Assembly (NCBI GenBank): GCA_024280215.1 | Contig: JAJRQO010000012.1 | Span: forward strand, 50,553-114,552 | Source: Candidatus Zixiibacteriota bacterium | GTDB lineage: Bacteria; Zixibacteria; MSB-5A5; GN15; FEB-12 | Length of the DNA: 64,000 nucleotides | Reading direction: 5' to 3' | Shown: positions 20,229-29,254 of the stretch, piece by piece | How positions within the stretch are numbered: position 1 is the stretch's first letter | Layout: every line of letters starts with the position of its first letter | Made by a program: the position numbers and the translations under genes | The notes under the pieces: generated by a model | Database searches by the model: none | Told to the model about the DNA's origin: nothing | What the model saw: only the letters and a program-made list of their open reading frames with translations

Positions 20229-20254
20229 GTCACCCTGAGCGGAGTCGAAGGGTC
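20229..20254 (+). repeat. REP-like repeat GTCACCCTGAGCGGAGTCGAAGGGTC
   Basis: Member of the TGAGCGGAGTCGAAG variant family (see 17981). Confidence 0.75.
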
Positions 20255-20283
20255 TTGAAAAACGAAGAATAATATCTCATGCG

Positions 20284-20307
20284 ATGTCAGGAACCCTTTC
20301 CTGACAT
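20284..20307. repeat. Palindromic repeat ATGTCAGGAACCCTTTCCTGACAT
   Basis: Abuts the stop codon of the TlpA-like gene. A second copy with an inverted loop is at 48681. Confidence 0.7.
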
Positions 20308-20871
20308 TCAATTATTTATAATGCCTAAAATATCTTCATCTTCAAGTTGGCTTGCAATCACTTCAATCACTCGCATCTCTTTATCTATGACAATATGAAA
20401 CGGATAAGTAAAGACTCCAAAGATTGATGAGTAGCCTCTTTCATGGTCATACAATATCGGCGACTTCAATGCATAGTCATCACGAAGATCCATCAGATGA
20501 CGAGGGTTCCCTGATGAAATAATTATAAACCGTGATGCACCCTGCTGAGTTTTTACAAGAGTAGAAAGTCGTTCCATATCTTCAATACATGCTGGACAGT
20601 TCGGTTCAATAAAAAACAAAATTGTTTTTTGTTGCACAAGTGGTCGTAACATGACCGATTCAAACTTTAGATTTTCAAAGGCATAGTCTTGGAGTTTGTC
20701 ACCAACTTTTAAATCATTCATTTGTGAAAGTATAGACTGTGTATTGCCACTTCGTTTTTCTAAACGTTTTTGTTTTTGAAAATACTCTCCCGCTTCTGTA
20801 CCTACGACGTAAGCAACCGATACAATCAAAACAGAAATGATAACTCCGAACAAAATTTTCTTGATAGACAT
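20308..20871 (-). CDS. Membrane-anchored TlpA/ResA-like thioredoxin-fold thiol:disulfide oxidoreductase
   Basis: N-terminal TM helix, then FFIEPNCPACIEDM (a CxxC site). I place the start at ATG 20871 (MSIKKILFG...). The longer ORF-track start (20913) runs into a REP repeat. Confidence 0.75.
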   Translation of the reverse strand: MSIKKILFGVIISVLIVSVAYVVGTEAGEYFQKQKRLEKRSGNTQSILSQMNDLKVGDKLQDYAFENLKFESVMLRPLVQQKTILFFIEPNCPACIEDMERLSTLVKTQQGASRFIIISSGNPRHLMDLRDDYALKSPILYDHERGYSSIFGVFTYPFHIVIDKEMRVIEVIASQLEDEDILGIINN

Positions 20872-20897
20872 ATGTCCTCCCGACCAATGATAGTTTA

Positions 20898-20926
20898 CTT
20901 CGACTCCGCTCACACCCTGCAGGGTG
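20898..20926 (-). repeat. REP-like repeat (reverse orientation) of the GAGCGGAGTCGAAG variant, with a CACCCTGCAGGGTG palindrome
   Basis: cttcgactccgctcacaccctgcagggtg. Confidence 0.65.
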
Positions 20927-21123
20927 TTCAGTATGACTATCTTGCTTAAAAGTTTTTCCCGTCACATAGATGAAGTTATACATTGGTGTCTTTGTTACTT
21001 TTTAAAATACAAAAAAAAAAAACGATTGTCAAGGATTATTTTAGTCTTCATTAAACAAAACTCTTGCATGTACGTTTATATCTATGTATGCTTAACTATG
21101 CGAACAAACGATGAGGGTAATTC

Positions 21124-23577
21124 ATGAACGCAATAAAAACTTTGGGCTATCTTTTTATACTATTTATTTTTGTTGTATCAATTTATGCGGACGAGGTTGA
21201 AAACCAAGAATGTAATGCGGTACACAATGTCGGCAAGCTTGTCTTAAAATCTAATATAATACCATCTTTTGGAGGAGTTCGTGATTTTTATTTTAGTTTC
21301 CCTGAAGAATCTACAAGAGACTGTTTAAGAGACAAATATGTGTTTAGATTTGGAGCTGAATACCCAAAATCCTCAAATAAAGTAAGTTTGTTATCAGGCT
21401 GGTTGAGTGTTGTAGGAATTGTGGACAATGATACTTTATATGCTGGTCTAAGCTATGTTCCAATATCCAATACTGTCTATCGTACAACATTAGATGTAAA
21501 TAGTCTCTATTATGAAGAAGCTGTTTCCGAGCAGGATTACATATCTGTTTTTGTAGATAACTTACTTGATCCTGAAAGTTTTTATTACTCCAAGCCCTTA
21601 AATATTCAAATAACAAAAAAATCTTACGCATGGTCATATGAATATGCTGAAGATTTTGTTCTCTTTGATGTTGAAATAAAGAACATCGGAGATAAAACAA
21701 TTAAATCTGCTTATATTTCGACAGGACTCAGCATAGGGGTTGGTTATTACAACGGAAGCAATAAAATGTATTTAGATGATTTAACGGGATATTATAGATA
21801 TAAAAAGCCTCTAAATGACTGTAATAAAATTGATGACCTCAACATAATGTGGGGTGCAGATAATGATGGTGATCCGTTTGAAGGTGAGTTTACTGATAAA
21901 ATAGAATTTATTAATGATGAGTATATGAAGTCCACTACATCTGTTTCTGGTCTATTCTTTTTAGACCATTTAAACAAAAGATTTAATAGGATTATGAAGA
22001 AATCATATAATTGGAGTACTTTTTATTTCCATCCTGAAACAAAAGAAAATTATCGTGATGTACACTCAAATGCATACAATTCTTATGATGAAATTGACTA
22101 TGACCAAATATATACTGCTTCTATTGGACAGTTTGATCCAGTATGGCAATACCCAGACCAAGAAATTGCGGATGATGTTTCAAAAGGTACGAATAAACTT
22201 TCTAATGGCTTAGGTGGAACACTCTCCATCGGTCCGTTCGATATACCACCGGGTGGGGTGTTGAAGATTCCATTCGCATACGTTGCTGGCGAGAACTTCC
22301 ACACCGATCCAAACAACATCGACAATCTGCCTAACTATCCTAAGCAATACTATCGCAACCTCGATTTCTCAGACCTTGTCACCAATGCCCAATGGGCAAG
22401 ATGGATATACGATAACCCAGGAGTCGACACCGACGGTGACGGCGACTCGGGACTCTACCAAATTTGTGTCTTAGATTCGCAGTTCGTAGACGGCGAGTGG
22501 CTGGCATCGGTTACCGATACATTTTGGTATCGTGGCGATGGAATCCCCGACTGGAAAGCAGCAGGTCCTCCACCTGCTCCGTATGTCTGGCTTGATGCGA
22601 CTCACAACGGCATACATGTACGTTTCAACGGTTCACGCTCAGAAACTGAAAAAGATATTTTTACCCGTATTGCTGATTTTGAAGGATACAATATTTATTT
22701 TGGACGGGATGAACGAGAGACATCGCTATCGCTTGTAGCATCATACGACAAAGACAACTATGACAAATTTGTATATGACTTCGGAGTCAAGCGATACATC
22801 GTACAGGATATTCCGCTTACTCTCAACGAAATCCGATGCTCTTACGCTGATAGTTGTAACGATAGTTTGTTTGACCCTCTTTCTAACTCACGTTCAGAAC
22901 CACTTTTCATTGGTGACTCACTTATCTTTTTTGAGAAGCATGCTTTTAATGCAGAGCAATCGGCTATCACAAAAGTATACCCAAACTCTCGTGACCCTCG
23001 ACTTGTTCATATTGATTCGTTACTTGATTCTGACTATACCGATGATGGGTATTTTAAATTTTTTGAATATGAATATTTTATCGAAAATCTTTTACCGACA
23101 GTTAGCTATTGGGTCAATGTTACCGCTTTTGATTTTGGTTCCCCAAAATCAGGACTCAAAGCACTTGAAACATCCAAAGTTCTCGGCATCCAAGAAGCGT
23201 ATCCGCTTTTGCACGCTGATGACAATTCAGGCGAACGAAAGCAAGTCTATATTTACCCAAATCCATATAAAATCAATGGTGATTATCGTAAGTTGGGTTA
23301 TGAAGGACGTACCGAAGAGGACCGACCCGACTATCGGGTACGAGAACTAAACTTCGCCAACCTTCCACCGAAGTGCGAGATAAAGATATTTTCGTTAGAT
23401 GGAGACTTAATACGTCATCTATCACACAACATTCCAGTAGGTGACCCAACCAATTCGCATCATAGGTGGGATTTGATAACTCGGAATACGCAGATGATTG
23501 TATCTGGGTTATATTATCGGACAGTTGAGTTTCCTGACGGTGAAGTACAGATGGGTAAGTTCGTCGCAATTATGTAG
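21124..23577 (+). CDS. Large secreted protein with a T9SS-type (Por) C-terminal sorting domain; function unknown
   Basis: Signal peptide and a DTDGDGDSG calcium-type loop. The C-terminal ~90 aa, YIYPNPYK...IKIFSLDGDLIRHL...WDL..RN.Q.IVSGLYYRTVEF.DGEVQMGKFVAIM, match the usual T9SS CTD pattern. Confidence 0.7.
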   Translation: MNAIKTLGYLFILFIFVVSIYADEVENQECNAVHNVGKLVLKSNIIPSFGGVRDFYFSFPEESTRDCLRDKYVFRFGAEYPKSSNKVSLLSGWLSVVGIVDNDTLYAGLSYVPISNTVYRTTLDVNSLYYEEAVSEQDYISVFVDNLLDPESFYYSKPLNIQITKKSYAWSYEYAEDFVLFDVEIKNIGDKTIKSAYISTGLSIGVGYYNGSNKMYLDDLTGYYRYKKPLNDCNKIDDLNIMWGADNDGDPFEGEFTDKIEFINDEYMKSTTSVSGLFFLDHLNKRFNRIMKKSYNWSTFYFHPETKENYRDVHSNAYNSYDEIDYDQIYTASIGQFDPVWQYPDQEIADDVSKGTNKLSNGLGGTLSIGPFDIPPGGVLKIPFAYVAGENFHTDPNNIDNLPNYPKQYYRNLDFSDLVTNAQWARWIYDNPGVDTDGDGDSGLYQICVLDSQFVDGEWLASVTDTFWYRGDGIPDWKAAGPPPAPYVWLDATHNGIHVRFNGSRSETEKDIFTRIADFEGYNIYFGRDERETSLSLVASYDKDNYDKFVYDFGVKRYIVQDIPLTLNEIRCSYADSCNDSLFDPLSNSRSEPLFIGDSLIFFEKHAFNAEQSAITKVYPNSRDPRLVHIDSLLDSDYTDDGYFKFFEYEYFIENLLPTVSYWVNVTAFDFGSPKSGLKALETSKVLGIQEAYPLLHADDNSGERKQVYIYPNPYKINGDYRKLGYEGRTEEDRPDYRVRELNFANLPPKCEIKIFSLDGDLIRHLSHNIPVGDPTNSHHRWDLITRNTQMIVSGLYYRTVEFPDGEVQMGKFVAIM

Positions 23578-23603
23578 GGAACTGGCTTGCCTGTTCCTTT
23601 TTT
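23574..23603 (+). terminator. GTAGG-headed REP-like hairpin overlapping the stop codon and acting as a terminator
   Basis: atGTAGGGAACTGGCTTGCCTGTTCC followed by T6. The same variant occurs at 34251, 34823 and 53475. Confidence 0.7.
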
Positions 23604-23616
23604 ATAATCCAAGCCA

Positions 23617-23647
23617 CAAAAAAACCCGCATCCAAATGAATGCGGGT
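23617..23647 (-). terminator. Intrinsic terminator of the basic-protein gene
   Basis: The minus strand reads ACCCGCAT-tcatttgg-ATGCGGGT followed by T7. Confidence 0.75.
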
Positions 23648-23695
23648 CTATAACTAAAAAATTCGTTAAAAATAATTTAACGAAAATTTAATGTC

Positions 23696-24154
23696 TTAGC
23701 GACGTGTAGTTCTTTTACGTGTAGATGTTGCTTTACGTGTTGTTTTACGTGTAGCAGTTGCTTTGCGAGGAGTTCTTTTTTTAGATGTAGCTTTGTAAGA
23801 ACGACCTTTAGAAGCAGAACGACGTGTAGCAGCTTTGCGAGCTGTTGGACGTGAAGTTTTACCAAATGCTTTATATGCATTTGCTGGACCTTTGTTACCT
23901 CTCCATACAGATGGAGATGCTTTTTTCAAAGATAAATCAACAGCTTTGTAACGTACTGAATAAACTGTACGACCTAATTGACGTGCACACCATGCAGTTT
24001 CAAACTTGCGATAATATTTACGCATGAATGACATTTCAGCTCTTGTCCAAGGACGAGAAACTTTGCGTGTTGATGATTTACGTGTAGCAGCTTTGCGAGT
24101 TGCTGGTTTACGTGTTGTTGATGCGCGTCTTGTTTTTGTTTTACGAATAGCCAT
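23696..24154 (-). CDS. Highly basic histone-H1-like protein with a central SANT/Myb-like segment
   Basis: AAGGAG SD. The N- and C-terminal tails are built from (A/T)TRK(A/T) repeats. The core is WTRAEMSFMRKYYRKFETAWCARQLGRTVYSVRYK, with Myb-like W-x18-W spacing and a GRT..(V)..R(Y) pattern. Confidence 0.75.
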   Translation of the reverse strand: MAIRKTKTRRASTTRKPATRKAATRKSSTRKVSRPWTRAEMSFMRKYYRKFETAWCARQLGRTVYSVRYKAVDLSLKKASPSVWRGNKGPANAYKAFGKTSRPTARKAATRRSASKGRSYKATSKKRTPRKATATRKTTRKATSTRKRTTRR

Positions 24155-24643
24155 ATGTTACTCCTTGTTTGACAAGTTACATTTTGCGGATAAGACTATG
24201 GCATAATCTTTCCGCAGTTTTCTTAAAGTTGCTTACCTTATTCTTCGGACATTTCATAAAATCCTTAATACCAATAGTTTAAATTTTTGAAAAAGAGGGA
24301 TAAAGTCTATGATGTGCAATTTTTGCACAGGAAATAAATTAACTACAAATTGTGTCAAAATATCCATAAACAACTTCTTAGAAGCATACAACGAACTGTC
24401 AGAAACTTAGCTATAACAACATATACCATAGATGGTTACACCATCCCCGACTACTCAACCTCGGTTATTAAATTAAATTTTTCATTTGGGAGATAGTTTC
24501 TTTTAGAAGCTCTAAAATACAGAAATTATCGATAAATTTTATTTTTGTTTTTTTTTATTTTTGTTGAATAAAAGAGTGAAATATGTCACATTTTTAAAAA
24601 CACATCAACAGCATTTGGTTTATAAATCGTTTTTGGAGTTCAA

Positions 24644-25726
24644 ATGAAACGCGAATATATATTAGTCACATTGTTTTTTCTCATCACATCGATCTTCTTC
24701 TATCTCTTCTATCAATTAGTTATTCCGTTTTTTGCACCTATCTGTTGGGCGGCAGTCTTTGCGATTATCTTTTTTCCCCTTTATGAAAAGTTATTGGTTA
24801 AATTTAAATCCAAAACGCTCACTTCAATTACAATGTGCTTACTTATAATAGTTTTAATAATTGGACCAATCGCATACTTGTTTGGTGCTCTCGTAGGTGA
24901 AGCGATTACTGCTGTTGCAAAAGTCAATGAAATGATTAAGGCTGGAGAATTAGACACATTCTTATCTATCAACCTTCCCTGGCTTGATTCGATAAAAGAA
25001 AAACTTCAGGGATATTATGATTTCTCGAATTTAGAAACCGAACAAATTATTAAAGATGCTGTCCAAAGTACATCTGCAGTCATATTAAATCAAACAAGTT
25101 GGATTATTGCCAATGTAAGTCGTCTGTTTTTCTACTTCGCCCTTATGATTTTTACTATGTACTATTTCTTCACCGACGGTGAAATGTTAATTCACAAACT
25201 ACGACGACTAATGCCTCTGACTCCCAATCAAGTAAATGTTACGTTTAATCAACTACGCGATGTTATCCAAGCTACCATGTACGGTGGTCTGACCGTTGCA
25301 TTGCTTCAAGGTCTCTTAGGTGGAATTATGTTTGCGATTGTAGGAATCCCATCGGCTGTTTTCTGGGGGGCAGTCATGGCATTTTTGTCAATTATTCCGT
25401 TTGTCGGAGCCTTTATCATATTTATCCCTGCTGGTCTGATACTCATTATTGGCGGTGCCTATATCAAAGGTCTTGTAATTATTGTAATTGGTTCACTCGT
25501 CATTAGTCAGGTTGACAATGTTGTCCGCCCTCTTCTCATTGCGGGTAAAGCGTGCATGCATCCCCTTCTTTTGTTTTTTGCTCTGATGGGTGGCGTATTT
25601 TTGTTTGGTCTTCTTGGCGTTGTCCTTGGTCCATTGATCGCCGCTGTCTTTGTGACATTGATTACGATATTTGAATATAAACTACATCCCGAGTCTGAAG
25701 TATCGTTTTCCGATGAAACCGATTAG
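24644..25726 (+). CDS. AI-2E family transporter (PerM/YhhT-like permease)
   Basis: 360-aa, 8-TM protein with the typical layout of a large loop after TM3 and a Gly-rich C-terminal helix bundle. Confidence 0.8.
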   Translation: MKREYILVTLFFLITSIFFYLFYQLVIPFFAPICWAAVFAIIFFPLYEKLLVKFKSKTLTSITMCLLIIVLIIGPIAYLFGALVGEAITAVAKVNEMIKAGELDTFLSINLPWLDSIKEKLQGYYDFSNLETEQIIKDAVQSTSAVILNQTSWIIANVSRLFFYFALMIFTMYYFFTDGEMLIHKLRRLMPLTPNQVNVTFNQLRDVIQATMYGGLTVALLQGLLGGIMFAIVGIPSAVFWGAVMAFLSIIPFVGAFIIFIPAGLILIIGGAYIKGLVIIVIGSLVISQVDNVVRPLLIAGKACMHPLLLFFALMGGVFLFGLLGVVLGPLIAAVFVTLITIFEYKLHPESEVSFSDETD

Positions 25727-25833
25727 TCGGTCATAATCACTTTGATAATTTAATTCCGAAATCTACTTTACAATCCATACTCTGTTCTATTTATTTGAGA
25801 CTTACATTATTATTCTCAATAATAGGAGTTAAT

Positions 25834-28695
25834 ATGTTCAAGAAAACCTCACTCATGATCATGCTATTTTTTTTACTCTTCTCAGTAAGCGAAATCAACG
25901 CATCGGTCAATCCATCATACTCGCAAAATTTTGCCAATTCTATTGACACCGTCCCATTTTATCCAAATGGTACTTACAACAATGCCATCACCAAGCCAGA
26001 TGATTTTTTCCCAGAGCCAATTGGCTTTTGGCCACAAAGATATCATAATCTGATTGCATACATTACGATGCTCGACAAACAGTCCGACCGTATGCATGTA
26101 GAACAAATTGGCTTCTCACATGAAGGACGACCACTTTATAATATATTTATATCCACACCTGAAAATATAGCTCGACTAAATGAAATCAAAAAGTTTACTT
26201 CTACACTTGCTAATCCCAAAAAACTAAATGGTTCTAAAGAGTTAGAGTCTTATACCCAATCTATGCCAGCCGTGGCATGGCTCGGCTACTCTATTCATGG
26301 CGATGAAATCTCTGGCGTTGATGCGGGCATACAACTTGTCTATCAACTGACCGCTGGAACCGACTCAGCAACCATACATCTTCTTGAAAACGTTCTAATC
26401 ATCATCGATCCAAGTGAAAACCCAGATGGACGCGAACGCTATCTTTCGATGCTTACAAGCTACCGCTCATCTGTCCCCAACTATGACCGACGTGCCCAGC
26501 AACATCAAGGTGTCTGGCCATGGGGTCGTGGAAACCATTATCTTTTTGATTTAAATCGTGACTGGATTTTCCTTACTCAACCTGAAACTATCAAACGTAC
26601 ACGCACAATTTTAGACTGGCATCCGCAACTTGTTGTCGACGCCCACGAAATGGGAACCAATGCAACCTATCTCTTTACACCCCCACGTCAGCCTATCAAC
26701 TACAATACACCAAAAAACATTTACAAATGGTGGGACATCTTTTCAAAAGACCAAGGTGCTGCCTTTGACAAAAATGGCTGGCCATACTATATAGAAGAAT
26801 GGCACGAACAATGGTACCCTGGCTATGGCTCGGCATGGCCGACCTTTACGGGAACTATCGGTATCCTCTACGAACAAGCTGGAGTCGATGGTACGATGGT
26901 AAAACAAAGAGATGGTTACTTGCTCAGCTACCATGAATCGGTCAACCATCAGTTTACATCCTCTTTGTCAAATCTATTTTCCCTTGCTAATAACAGAGTT
27001 GAGATATTAAAAGACTATAGCAGGACAAGAAAACAGATTGTCACAGATGGTAAAAAATCTAACATCGCCTTTTTATTTGTTTCAGATGGTGACGAAATCA
27101 AAATGAACCGTTTTATCTCATCTTTGGCACAACAAGATATAATTATCGAAGAAGCAATCACCAACTTTACTGTTTCACAATCAACAGACATCTATGGTGT
27201 AAAACATAAATCAAAAAAATTCCCTCAAGGGACCTTTATCATCCATACCACCCAAGCACATGGTGCTTTGGCAAAAGCGATTTTAGAATTTGACCCGCAT
27301 TTTAAATTGGAATTCTTAAATGAAGAACGTCGCGAAATTGAAAAATATTCTGGTTCTAAGATGTATGAAGTTACCTCATGGTCTGCACCCCTTGCCTACA
27401 ACCTTGACGCTTATGAAACTAAATCGCAAATTAAAGTCGCAACCAGAATTGTTAAATCTACAACTCTTTCAACAGGTGAACTAAAAAGACCGAATGCACA
27501 GTTTGGATTTATTGTAAACATGGAAGGTGAAAAAACATATCAACTGCTCAACCTTCTCTTTGAAAACAAAATCGTCGTCTATGGTTCAGAAAAAGAGTTC
27601 ACTTTAGAAGGTAACAAATACAAGGCGGGTTCGCTTGTCATCCGCACAAGAGGTAACGACAAAAACCTCTCATCCAAACTAAAGACCCTCGCCAAACAAA
27701 TCGGCATCACTATCAACGGCGTTAATACTGGTTTCTCTTCAGCAGGTTCTCTACTTGGTGCTGGTACTTACAAACTGCTCACTCAACCAAAGATTGCTCT
27801 GCTCAGCGGTAACGGTGTCAGTAACACATCATTTGGTTCTCTCTGGTTCACCATTGACAAAGAACTAAAGATGCCTCATTCATTAATCAATGCAGCAAAC
27901 TTATCATATACCGATCTTTCTCAATATAATGTTCTCATTATGGCATCATCATGGGGAAACTCTATTGGTGGTATCTTAGGTAAAAGTGGAAAAAACAAAA
28001 TTGATAAATGGGTATCAGATGGCGGAACTCTAATTGCTGTTGGAGGTTCTGCGGTATGGGCAGCAGATAGTTCAACAGGACTTTCACAAGTAAAACTCAA
28101 ACGACAAGTCTTAACCGATTTAGCATCATACGATAAAATTCTTGATAAAGCAATGCGTGCAGAATCACCAACTGTCGATACAATGGCTCTCTATCATCCA
28201 ACCGATGAAGCCATAGTAAAAAAAGAAGATGACAAGAAAAAATCAGCACCAAAAAATGACGCAACCGAGCTTGATGAATGGCAACGAAAATTTTTACCTC
28301 GCGGTGCATTCTTAAAACTAAATCTTGATAAAGATAATTTCCTCACTTTTGGTCTGGGTAAGACTCTTCCAGCACAACTCTATACTTCGTATGCCCTCAT
28401 GGCAAAACCACCTGTAAAAGTCGCCGCTCGTTTGAGTTCTAAAAAATCAGACCTTCGTCTCTCAGGACTTCTCTGGCCAGAAGCACAAGAACGTTGGAAA
28501 GGCACCGGATACGCAACAACAGAATCGCACGGCAAAGGACAGATTATTCTTTTTGCAGGCGACCCAAACAGTCGGGCATATTTTTATGGTACCAGACAGA
28601 TGTTTGTAAACGCTCTCATGTATGGTCCAGGATTCGGGACAAGATTTGAAAGCTCAAACAACCAGTCTGCAAATGAATTTAATCAGGAACATTAA
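25834..28695 (+). CDS. M14-family zinc carboxypeptidase-like protein with a large C-terminal extension
   Basis: HGDEISG (HxxE Zn site), NPDGRE and VVDAHEMG motifs, plus a signal peptide. I chose the start ATG at 25834 behind an AGGAG SD. The ORF-track start is a TTG at 25795. Confidence 0.85.
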   Translation: MFKKTSLMIMLFFLLFSVSEINASVNPSYSQNFANSIDTVPFYPNGTYNNAITKPDDFFPEPIGFWPQRYHNLIAYITMLDKQSDRMHVEQIGFSHEGRPLYNIFISTPENIARLNEIKKFTSTLANPKKLNGSKELESYTQSMPAVAWLGYSIHGDEISGVDAGIQLVYQLTAGTDSATIHLLENVLIIIDPSENPDGRERYLSMLTSYRSSVPNYDRRAQQHQGVWPWGRGNHYLFDLNRDWIFLTQPETIKRTRTILDWHPQLVVDAHEMGTNATYLFTPPRQPINYNTPKNIYKWWDIFSKDQGAAFDKNGWPYYIEEWHEQWYPGYGSAWPTFTGTIGILYEQAGVDGTMVKQRDGYLLSYHESVNHQFTSSLSNLFSLANNRVEILKDYSRTRKQIVTDGKKSNIAFLFVSDGDEIKMNRFISSLAQQDIIIEEAITNFTVSQSTDIYGVKHKSKKFPQGTFIIHTTQAHGALAKAILEFDPHFKLEFLNEERREIEKYSGSKMYEVTSWSAPLAYNLDAYETKSQIKVATRIVKSTTLSTGELKRPNAQFGFIVNMEGEKTYQLLNLLFENKIVVYGSEKEFTLEGNKYKAGSLVIRTRGNDKNLSSKLKTLAKQIGITINGVNTGFSSAGSLLGAGTYKLLTQPKIALLSGNGVSNTSFGSLWFTIDKELKMPHSLINAANLSYTDLSQYNVLIMASSWGNSIGGILGKSGKNKIDKWVSDGGTLIAVGGSAVWAADSSTGLSQVKLKRQVLTDLASYDKILDKAMRAESPTVDTMALYHPTDEAIVKKEDDKKKSAPKNDATELDEWQRKFLPRGAFLKLNLDKDNFLTFGLGKTLPAQLYTSYALMAKPPVKVAARLSSKKSDLRLSGLLWPEAQERWKGTGYATTESHGKGQIILFAGDPNSRAYFYGTRQMFVNALMYGPGFGTRFESSNNQSANEFNQEH

Positions 28696-28719
28696 TCTGT
28701 TAAATGAGTTACAGAAACT

Positions 28720-29232
28720 ATGAAAAATGAAAAACTATACATATACTTTTATTCTGCTCAAATACAACAGGCAGAAAAATTACACAAACAGATGCAAGTT
28801 TTTGAATTAGAACCCGAACTTGTCAATTTAGATACGCAAAGTTCAGACATCGAACTGGTCAGTGGATTGGTCGAACATTCTGACAATCCCTTTCCAATAC
28901 TCCGAATCGGAGATATGAAAATCAGGGCTATACTTCAAAACCCAAATATTGAATTACTTGAAAAACTTTTTTCTGAAAGCCCTGAAAAACAAAAACTCCC
29001 TGAAGCGACCATTTATTCGACAACATGGTGTGGTGATTGCACTCAACTCAAAATGTGGATGAACTCGCAAAAAATTCCGTTCAAAGAAATTCTTATTGAA
29101 GATTCAGAAGAATTGAAAGAACAGATTACACGCTGGTCAGGCGGTAGACGAGTTATTCCAACTGTCGAGTACGAATCAATAGGTAGGCTGTTTAATCCTG
29201 GAATATCAGTTTTTCAAAAGCTGTATAAGTAG
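28720..29232 (+). CDS. Glutaredoxin/mycoredoxin-like protein (active C-terminal CxxC domain, degenerate N-terminal half)
   Basis: IYSTTWCGDCTQLKMWM ... GGRRVIPTV is the Grx/NrdH-type pattern. The N-terminal ~90 aa lack the CxxC. Confidence 0.7.
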   Translation: MKNEKLYIYFYSAQIQQAEKLHKQMQVFELEPELVNLDTQSSDIELVSGLVEHSDNPFPILRIGDMKIRAILQNPNIELLEKLFSESPEKQKLPEATIYSTTWCGDCTQLKMWMNSQKIPFKEILIEDSEELKEQITRWSGGRRVIPTVEYESIGRLFNPGISVFQKLYK

Positions 29233-29254
29233 TCTTGACAATTTATATTAATTT

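Noticed and set aside
20872-20913. N-terminal extension of the TlpA-like ORF (likewise 7514-7531 of actB, 25795-25833 of the M14 gene, 52897-52935 of pcrA, 58295-58318 of mcsA and 60322-60357 of lolC)
   Set aside because: The longest-ORF starts run into repeats or upstream genes, or use TTG. The downstream ATG codons have better SDs or overlap geometry, and they give the expected N-termini.
22760-23350. 196-aa plus-strand ORF, along with other ORFs nested within 21124-23577
   Set aside because: It is an alternative frame of the 817-aa gene. The composition is low-complexity Leu/Ser/Thr-rich, typical of an off-frame reading of AT-rich coding DNA.
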